From Octopus sinensis (Eukaryota), in contig NC_043018.1 in NCBI RefSeq assembly GCF_006345805.1, forward strand, positions 24,862,001 through 24,926,000: a DNA stretch of 64,000 nucleotides, read 5' to 3'. Under the pieces are notes generated by a model, which ran no database searches, was not told where the DNA came from, and was given only the letters and a program-made list of their open reading frames with translations. The position numbers were made by a program, and so were the translations under genes. Positions 55,466 through 64,000 of the stretch are shown here, piece after piece. Every line of letters starts with the position of its first letter. Positions within the stretch are counted from its first letter, which is position 1.

Positions 55466-56547
55466 AACACAATCGAGATACACACACAGATATTACATAC
55501 AGATATAATATATACAGAGCTCACATACACAATGCTAATGTGTGTGCACACATACACACACATGTATACATGCATATACGCACACACATACATGGCCCTA
55601 AAGAAATTCTGCGAGTAATGATTTTATTCTACGTTCAGTGATGAAGGGACTTTTCCTGATCAGCAATGAGTGGGGGGTGGGGTGGCATGCAGTGAGGAGG
55701 GGGTGTTGAAATATGGGTCCTGGAGCATGGCAGGGTAGGTGGGTAGGGGACAACAGCATTGACTAACACAGAAGAACTAAAGATTAGAACCACCACCACA
55801 ACCCTCCTCCCACCATGAGCTGATTTAAAAAAATTTTTCTTCTTTGGTTCTTTGGTTCCTAGTTAGCAAGAAATGGTAAATGCAAGGAAAGCACTTCAGG
55901 TTCGTTTACTTAATTATAGTTCTATATAATAATAATGAGGATTATAATAATAATGATAACAACAACGACGATGATGATGATGATAATGATGACTGCAATA
56001 GTAAATACAGGGATTCTGGATGGGAGGGCATGGAAAGATGGTGAGTGGTTCAGAGAAGATTACATAAGTTCTGGGAAGAGTTCAGTGGAATCATTCTTGA
56101 GACGCACAGAAGAAACTAAGACATAGATCTAACCCCAGTTGGCCAGCATTGGTTTGGTGGTTGTTGTTGTTTGGCTGTAGGTCAAGCCTTGATCATATAG
56201 CTTTGGGTAAGCATCTTCTAGTATAGCCCTGGGCCAACCAACCTCTTATGAATGGATTTGGTAGATGGAAACTGAAAGAAGCCTGTCATACAATTATCAT
56301 TTAACATCCACTTTCCATGCTGGCATGGGTCAGGCAGTTTGACTGGAATTGGTAAGCTGAAGAGCTGCACCAGGTTCCAGTCAGGTTTGGCATGATTTTT
56401 ACAAATGGATGCCCTTCCTAATGCCAACCACTCCAAGAGCATAACAGGTGCGTTTTACATGACCCTGGCAACAGCAATGACCATGATTTTCCAGGTGCCA
56501 TTTACACAAGACTGGTGGGGAACCATTTACATCAGTGCTCCGCAACT

Positions 56548-56663
56548 GGTGTGCCACAACACGAGACGATGCTAGGTGTGCCACAACATGAGACGATGCT
56601 AGGTGTGCCACAACACGAGACGATGCTAGGTGTGCCACAACACGAGACGATGCTAGGTGTGCC
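56548..56663. repeat. 27-bp minisatellite x4
   Basis: GGTGTGCCACAACACGAGACGATGCTA units starting at 56548, 56575, 56602 and 56629. Confidence 0.92.
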
Positions 56664-57524
56664 GCAGTGGAACCTGGGTATAATTTTTTTCCTTATAGTT
56701 TTAGTTACATTTTTCAGTTCAGGTGGGCTGCTGAATTTTGAAAAGAATATTATAATGTACCGCAAGTGAAAAAGATGAGAATAGCATGGAGGATTTCGTT
56801 GCCTCTTGGCAGAAACAGCTGTAAGGAACTGATCTTATACTCTTTCGTGTAATTAATACATGTGTATGTAGCACATAGTTACTACATGTGGGTGTACTCT
56901 TCTAATACTTTCTAATACTTTTGAATAAATAGACACACTGGAATGTCTACAAGGTGATGTATGTCGTTCTATATCCTCTCCATTTTCTCTTATTTGCTAT
57001 ATATATATATATATATATAATATATATATATATATATAGTACTCTTTTTTTGTTTGTTTGTTTGTTTCTGTCTTTCATGCCATACACATTCGCTAGCTTT
57101 TTTACAAAGGGGTCTAATGCTCTTGGCTTAGACTTTTTTTTTTGGGCAGGGTGGCCAGATCAAACCATCTCAAGTGTAACTGCCCGAAATAGTCATGACT
57201 TCTGGTACTTGACTGAAGAAAGAAAGCCACGAATGACCCGTCTTTTTTGCTTGTCTTTCTAATTCTTGTTTCTCTTGTCCACCTTTGTATAATCTATTTG
57301 TTTGAATGTTTTGATGCCCTCTGTTGCGTTTTTCTTCTATATATATATATATATATATATATGTAACAAAACAAATATAAGAGAGTGGTCAATATATTGC
57401 TCACTCTAGCACCAGTTAATCCAAAAGGTTTCAACCACGAAGATACATGTTTCCCATGAAAGCCAGTACGACTGTTAGCTCACACGGACAGGGCAAGTAA
57501 AAAATAACAAAAATACAGATTATT

Positions 57525-57602
57525 TTGGGACAATTGTTTCGCTATTAATGAATTAAATGTAATATTACTTACAAAAAAATCCATTTGTAGCTCGTCAGCC
57601 AA
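57525..57602 (-). ncRNA. Minimal type I hammerhead ribozyme
   Basis: Minus strand: ttgg CTGACGA gcta..(long loop)..tagc GAAA C AATT G TC ccaa. Intact core, palindromic stem III loop, GUC cleavage triplet. Confidence 0.75.
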
Positions 57603-58449
57603 GACTATCTGGATGAAATCCACTCAATCACACGCCAGATTTTACCATAACGATAAATACGCGTGTGGTTCAATTGATTACATCCGACGTTATAATTCAA
57701 ATGCCCCAACCACAGCGCGCCAAACTTTCACGGAAAACAAATACAGCATTTAGAAATAAATGCAGCATAATTATAATTAATTAATAAGGGTGAGAGAATT
57801 AGATACTAATTTAATAGTATATTTATTCAACACCAAGTGGCCTAGTGCTACGAGAAACCTGGATTATTATAATATTTTATAACATATTACAATACTTTTA
57901 CAAAACAAATATAAGAGAGTGGTCAATATATTGCTCACTCTAGCACCAGTTAATCCAAAAGGTTTCAACCACGAAGATACATGTTTCCCATGAAAGCCAG
58001 TACGACTGTTAGCTCACACGGACTTGCCCTGTCCGTGTGAGCTAACAGTCGTACTGGCTTCATGGGAAACATGTATCTTCGTGGTTGAAACCTTTTGATT
58101 AACTGGTGCTAGAGTGAGCAATATATTGACCACTCTCTTATATTTGTTTTGTAAAAGTTTGTAATATGTTATAAAATATTATAATAATCCAGGTTTCTCG
58201 TAGCACTAGGCCACTTGGTGTTGAATAAATATACTATTAAATTAGTATCTAATTCTCTCACCCTTATTAATTAATTATAATTATGCTGCATTTATTTCTA
58301 AATGCTGTATTTGTTTTCCGTGAAAGTTTGGCGCGCTGTTGGTTGGGGCATTTGAATTATAACGTCGGATGTAATCAATTGAACCACACGCGTATTTATC
58401 GTTATGGTAAAATCTGGCGTGTGATTGAGTGGATTTCATCCAGATAGTC

Positions 58450-58526
58450 TTGGCTGACGAGCTACAAATGGATTTTTTTGTAAGTAATATTACATTAATT
58501 CATTAATAGCGAAACAATTGTCCCAA
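58450..58526 (+). ncRNA. Minimal type I hammerhead ribozyme
   Basis: ttgg (58450) CTGACGA (58454-58460) gcta...tagc GAAA (58511-58514) caattg TC (58521-58522) ccaa. Confidence 0.75.
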
Positions 58527-58980
58527 AATAATCTGTATTTTTGTTATTTTTTACTTGCCCTGTCCGTGTGAGCTAACAGTCGTACTGGCTTCATGGGAAA
58601 CATGTATCTTCGTGGTTGAAACCTTTTGGATTAACTGGTGCTAGAGTGAGCAATATATGACCACTCTCTTATATTTGTTTTGTAAAAGTATTGTAATATG
58701 TTATAAAATATTATAATAATCCAGGTTTCTCGTAGCACTAGGCCACTTGGTGTTGAATAAATATACTATTAAATAGTATCTAATTCTCTCACCCTTATTA
58801 ATTAATTATAATTATGCTGCATTTATTTCTAAATGCTGTATTTGTTTTCCGTGAAAGTTTGGCGCGCTGTTGGTTGGGGCATTTGAATTATAACGTCGGA
58901 TGTAATCAATTGAACCACACGCGTATTTATCGTTATGGTAAAATCTGGCGTGTGATTGAGTGGATTTCATCCAGATAGTC

Positions 58981-59058
58981 TTGGCTGACGAGCTACAAAT
59001 GGATTTTTTTGTAAGTAATATTACATTTAATTCATTAATAGCGAAACAATTGTCCCAA
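58981..59058 (+). ncRNA. Minimal type I hammerhead ribozyme
   Basis: Same motif one unit downstream; predicted cleavage after C59054, 532 nt from the site at 58522. Confidence 0.75.
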
Positions 59059-59559
59059 AATAATCTGTATTTTTGTTATTTTTTACTTGCCCTGTCCGTG
59101 TGAGCTAACAGTCGTACTGGCTTTCATGGGAAACATGTATCTTCGTGGTTGAAACCTTTCGGATTAACTGGTGCTAGAGTGAGCAATATATTGACCACTC
59201 TCTTATATTTGTTTTGTAAAAGTATTGTAATATGTTATAAAATATTATAATAATCCAGGTTTCTCGTAGCACTAGGCCACTTGGTGTTGAATAAATATAC
59301 TATTAAATTAGTATCTAATTCTCTCACCCTTATTAATTAATTATATATATATATATATATAAGTTCATCAAAATTTAGATTCAGATGAATATGGTACTTA
59401 AGTTAGATGCACCAGAACTTTGTATGGTGTTATCCATATAAATCCATGGGGTGATTATAATCAAAGTAAGCAACAAGAGATATTACCGGAGATATTCTTG
59501 TTGCTTACTGGTGATTTATTTCCTCTGTCTTCCCTTCTCTGGATCTTTCCTTCTCCTAT

Positions 59560-59594
59560 GTTTCCGACGAAGAGCTCCGCTCGAAACGTTAAAC
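59560..59594 (+). ncRNA. Hammerhead motif with variant core (CCGACGA) in a Penelope-like remnant
   Basis: gttt CCGACGA agagctccgctc GAAAC GTTA aac; paralogous to 50949-50983. Confidence 0.45.
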
Positions 59595-59689
59595 CCTCCT
59601 TCTTTCCTTAGCGTCCAATAATACTATATTTGTTCCACGTCCTCGCATTGTTGTGTTTTTTTGTGTTTTCTTGTTTGGATTAACCTTAT

Positions 59690-59750
<61 letters not shown>

Positions 59751-60276
59751 ATCAGGCAAATAAGAAAATGCAGAGGATAATTGACAGACATCAGCCTGTA
59801 GACGTTCATTTATATCTATTTATTAATTGATTACAATCATATGTATAAGTAATCAAATAAACAAATGAAATAAGCAAATAAACATGTAAATAAATACATG
59901 AATAAAAATAAACAAATGAATAAGAATAAATGAGTGAAAAAACGCTAAGCTCTTACAGCTGTTTCTAACTATGGGGTTGCCCAACCTGCCACGTTTTCTA
60001 CATCATGCCAGTAATATACAGCGATTTTACAAATGCTGAACAAACATTGGACAGGGGTCCAATATGTATATAATGTATATATATATATATCAAGTTAGCT
60101 ATTGATCTATCTATCAATCTATCTAGCCAGCTATCTAGCCAGCTATCCATCCATCTCTCTCTCTCTCCCGCTATCTATCTGTCTGTCTATATATATATAT
60201 ATATATATGCATTATATATATATATATATAATAATAAATATTAGGGAATGAATCCAAAATTATATATATATATAAT

Positions 60277-60332
<56 letters not shown>

Positions 60333-61270
60333 GACAGATAGATATACAGACAGACAGATAGATAGATAGATAGATAGAAAGAGAGAGAGAGAGATGGATG
60401 GATAGCTGGATAGCTAAATAGCTAGATGGATAGATAGATAGATTGATAGATCGATCAATATAGCTAACTAGATAGATGGATGGATGGATGGAGGGACAGA
60501 TAGATAGATGAATAGATAGATATATTCCATACTGGTAAAATCAAGTCTTTTGAGATGGACAAAAAAAAAAAATTCTCCCTTATTCATAAACCCTTAATAT
60601 GAAGAAAGAGAGGGAAATGATTGTAAGAGGGGAGGAAAGATACTCACACACACATACATATATACATACATACATCTATGTGTGTGTGTGCAAAAGAGAG
60701 GGACAGACAGACAGAGAAAAAACAAGAGTTCATTTAGCTAATCCCTTCAGTTGTTTCAATTTGCAAGGAAGGTGAAAGACAAGGGTGGGGAATGGGTGTG
60801 CCAGCTATTACGGGAGAGTATGGGGGAAGGGTGATCAGTGGGGGGGGACTGTCTTAAAAATCCCTAACATTCTCGTTCCGAGGAGTCTAATTTACTGGAA
60901 GGTGGCAAAGGAAGGAACGGCGGCAGCTTTATAAGATATGAGAACTTATAAACTAACTTTCAGGATACCCATTACCTGTCTTCACCAACACCACCACCAA
61001 CAACAACAATGCTAGATGAATCATTAATAAGGAGCTCCTAATATGACCTTCCAAATGAACGTGTAGGTAATGATGATGACAGTGATGGTGATGACTGTGG
61101 TGATGGTGATTACGAAAAAGGGGACTAAATGGAAGAGGAGGAGGAGAAGGGTTGGTGGGCTTTGATGTTTGTATTTTCTTTTTAAATTCTTCTGATGGTA
61201 ATATAGAACAGTTACTTAATGAATCCTTTAAATTTTTATTACATGCTTATACATGCACGCACACACAGGC

Positions 61271-61301
<31 letters not shown>

Positions 61302-61528
61302 CACACACACACAGATATGTATATAAATACCTATATATATACATACATATATTTATATACATACATACATATAAACGTACATACATACATATAAACGTAC
61401 ATACATATATATACATATATATATGTATATATATGCATATATACACATATATATATGCATATATACTTACATATATACATATACATATATACATATTATA
61501 CACACACACACACATATATATATATGAA

Positions 61529-61565
<37 letters not shown>

Positions 61566-64000
61566 TATATATATATAAATATGAAAAGAAAATGGAGAGA
61601 TTGAAAGATAGACATCAATTTATCTATGGAACTCCAATTACATACATATATATTCCTTTAAGAGGTATATATATATCCTCGCAACACAAACACACACATA
61701 TATACATACCACACACACACACACACACACATATATCATGCTTATACATATATATATATATATGTGCATGCATTCCAACTGCAATTTGATGAAAGCATGT
61801 TAAACGCTTTGTCCCAATATTAACAAGGAATTTTACTCAGCTTTCATTATCTAATATTTCACTCATTGTCCACCACCACCACCACCACCACCTTCGCCAC
61901 CAACTCTACTAACAATACAATCATCACCAACGACACAGCTGCTGCCACCACTGTGTCCACCACCACTAACACTACCACCGGACACCATCCTGTGAATGGT
62001 ACCATACATTTTATCCTAGAAATACAACACCTAAGTATAAACACACACACACACGTGCACTCATGTGTACATACATAACTATTAATTTGTGTATGTGTAT
62101 ATATATAAATATATATGTACGCACATACAAACACATGCCTATAAATATACACAAACATATATGTATATATATATATACATATATATACATATATGTATAT
62201 ATATATATACATATATATACATATATGTATATATATATATATATATATGTACATATAAATATACACATATATATTTATATACATATATATACATATATGT
62301 ACATATGTATATATGCATTTGCATATACACCCCTCCCTGTATATATGTACATGTGTACACACGTGCATATTCATCAATTTATATGTATATACATGCATAC
62401 TGACACACACATAATTATAAACACACACACACATATATATATGTACATATATATATACACACAAACACATACATATATATGCATGCATATATATACATAC
62501 GCACACCCATATATATATACATGCACATACTACACATGATACTCACACATATACATATACACAATCCCTTATATATATGCACACACACACACCACACACA
62601 CACACACAAACACATACATTATACACACACTCACACACACATGTAGGTATAAATAATGCAAAAAAAGAGAGATGATGATGATGATGATGATGATGACGGT
62701 GGCATAGAAGAACCAAAATAATCTCTCTCCTGCTCTTTTGCCATAACCCTAAAACCGATTCCAATATGCCAAAGTTGGAAATATTGCCAACATTTTTGGC
62801 TCATCTCAGCACCAAATAAGGGGATTATATCACACACACACACACACACAATTAAAAGGGCAGTTTCATCCCTTCTTGGGCCCCTTCACCTACCCCTGCC
62901 TCCTGCTTAGTCTTCTGCATTCTTCGAGGTATTTGGAAGGAAAGGACAAACCTTTCCTGGCCAGAAGTATTTGGTGTTGCTAATGAGAGGTCAAGCTCTC
63001 CTCCAGCTCCCAATAACACCACCACCATTACCATCATTAATACCAACATCATCACTACCACTACAAACACCACCACTCACTCACACCACCAATACTGCTA
63101 CTACCATTGTTACCACCACCACTGTTATCACCATCACCACCAACACCACCACTATCATCATATTCCTCATCACTATTAACACCACATGGATATTATTAAT
63201 CACACTGCTCCAATCTCTGTGTCTACCACCACCACTATCATCACCTTATTGATATCATTAATCACACCACCCCAATCTCTATGGCTACCACCACCACACC
63301 ACCACCACCACCACCAACCCAACTACCAGACCACCCTTTTTCCATTCTGAGTTCAAATCTTAGTAAGGCCAACTTAACCTTTCATCCATCTGGCCAGGTG
63401 GTTTTCATGGTGGTGGTGGGAGAATTGATAGAATCGGGTACCAGTCATGTACTGGGGGTTAATATAATTGATACACTCTGCTCCTCCAGCCTCTTCTCCC
63501 TGTGCTAGAGAAATGATTGTATGCTTTTCAGTTGTTTCTGTCATTGAACCGTGGCCATACTAGGGCATTACATTGAAAAGTTTTAGTTGAACAAATCAAC
63601 CCCCAAGGACAAATATTTTAAAGCCGGGTACTCATTCTATCAATCTCTTTTGCTGAGCTGCAAAGTCATGGGGTATGTGAGTAATTTAAAAATACCTTAC
63701 AGAATGACTGTGCCCTGTATAATTAGGGGTTGCCCTTTGACAAAGCACAGCACCCATTCAACTACCCTGCCAGAGATACAACGAAGTCATTGGCACTACA
63801 GTTTGGCAGATTGTGAAGAGGCAGTAGAAGAGCTCCTCTGAGTCAACGGTGCTTCTTACATTGATGCTGAGAGGAAGAATTTTGGAAGAGCAATGGTGAG
63901 GATCACCAAGCTCTATCAAGAGAGTAACTGCAATGCATCCATTGGGGGTGGTGGCCATGGTTGTGTAATCAGCTGATGAAAGACTTGTTATAATTCAAGC

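Larger units (their letters stand above)
57367..59344. mobile_element. Non-coding hammerhead-bearing ~532-bp unit in tandem plus inverted array (Penelope-like pLTR or non-LTR retrozyme)
   Basis: About 1.2 units in one orientation (57367-58023), a 7-nt spacer, then about 2.5 units in the opposite orientation (unit starts 58024, 58555, 59087). Flanked by (TA)n on both sides. Each full unit carries a type I hammerhead motif; no ORF >=60 aa. Confidence 0.8.

Noticed and set aside
56548-56663. CRISPR-like array
   Set aside because: Contiguous 27-bp units with no unique spacers, in eukaryotic context, with no cas genes.
56805-56830. GAAACAGCTGTAAG half-hammerheads (also about 59950 and 10580)
   Set aside because: No intact CUGANGA partner at a suitable distance; counted only as decayed remnants.
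59420-59450. Minus-strand GGATTTATATGGATAACACC resembling the GFDMDYT exon of NT5C2
   Set aside because: Needs an insertion and substitutions, lacks the VFVNRSL part, and has no splice signals.
63760-63980. Unique GC-balanced segment at the window end
   Set aside because: Stops in all + frames, no splice signals or recognisable motif; cannot be called.

Overview
This is eukaryotic, AT-rich, repeat-saturated DNA. The SINE, MITE and microsatellite content looks like an octopus (coleoid cephalopod) genome; that is an inference from repeat families I recognise. There are no prokaryotic features or CRISPR arrays, and almost every ORF in the supplied track is a microsatellite translation artefact. 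The only confident protein-coding signal is two minus-strand exons (50086-50203 and 47764-47859). They splice in frame to ...YKSPNFEALGFDLIKKKMILMGYPNAIEDFEYDHTFPIR|[32 protein letters not shown], which matches cytosolic purine 5'-nucleotidase NT5C2 (cN-II). I found neither neighbouring exon, so the rest of the window appears to be NT5C2 intron. That intron carries tRNA-derived SINEs (often in head-to-tail arrays), RTE and R4/Dong-like LINE ends, non-autonomous Helitrons, piggyBac- and mariner-type MITEs, minisatellites and a 1.87-kb tandem duplication. It also contains many fold-back palindromes and about ten minimal type I hammerhead ribozyme motifs of the Penelope/retrozyme kind. The most striking structure is a non-coding ~532-bp hammerhead-bearing unit arranged as a tandem plus inverted array at 57367-59344.
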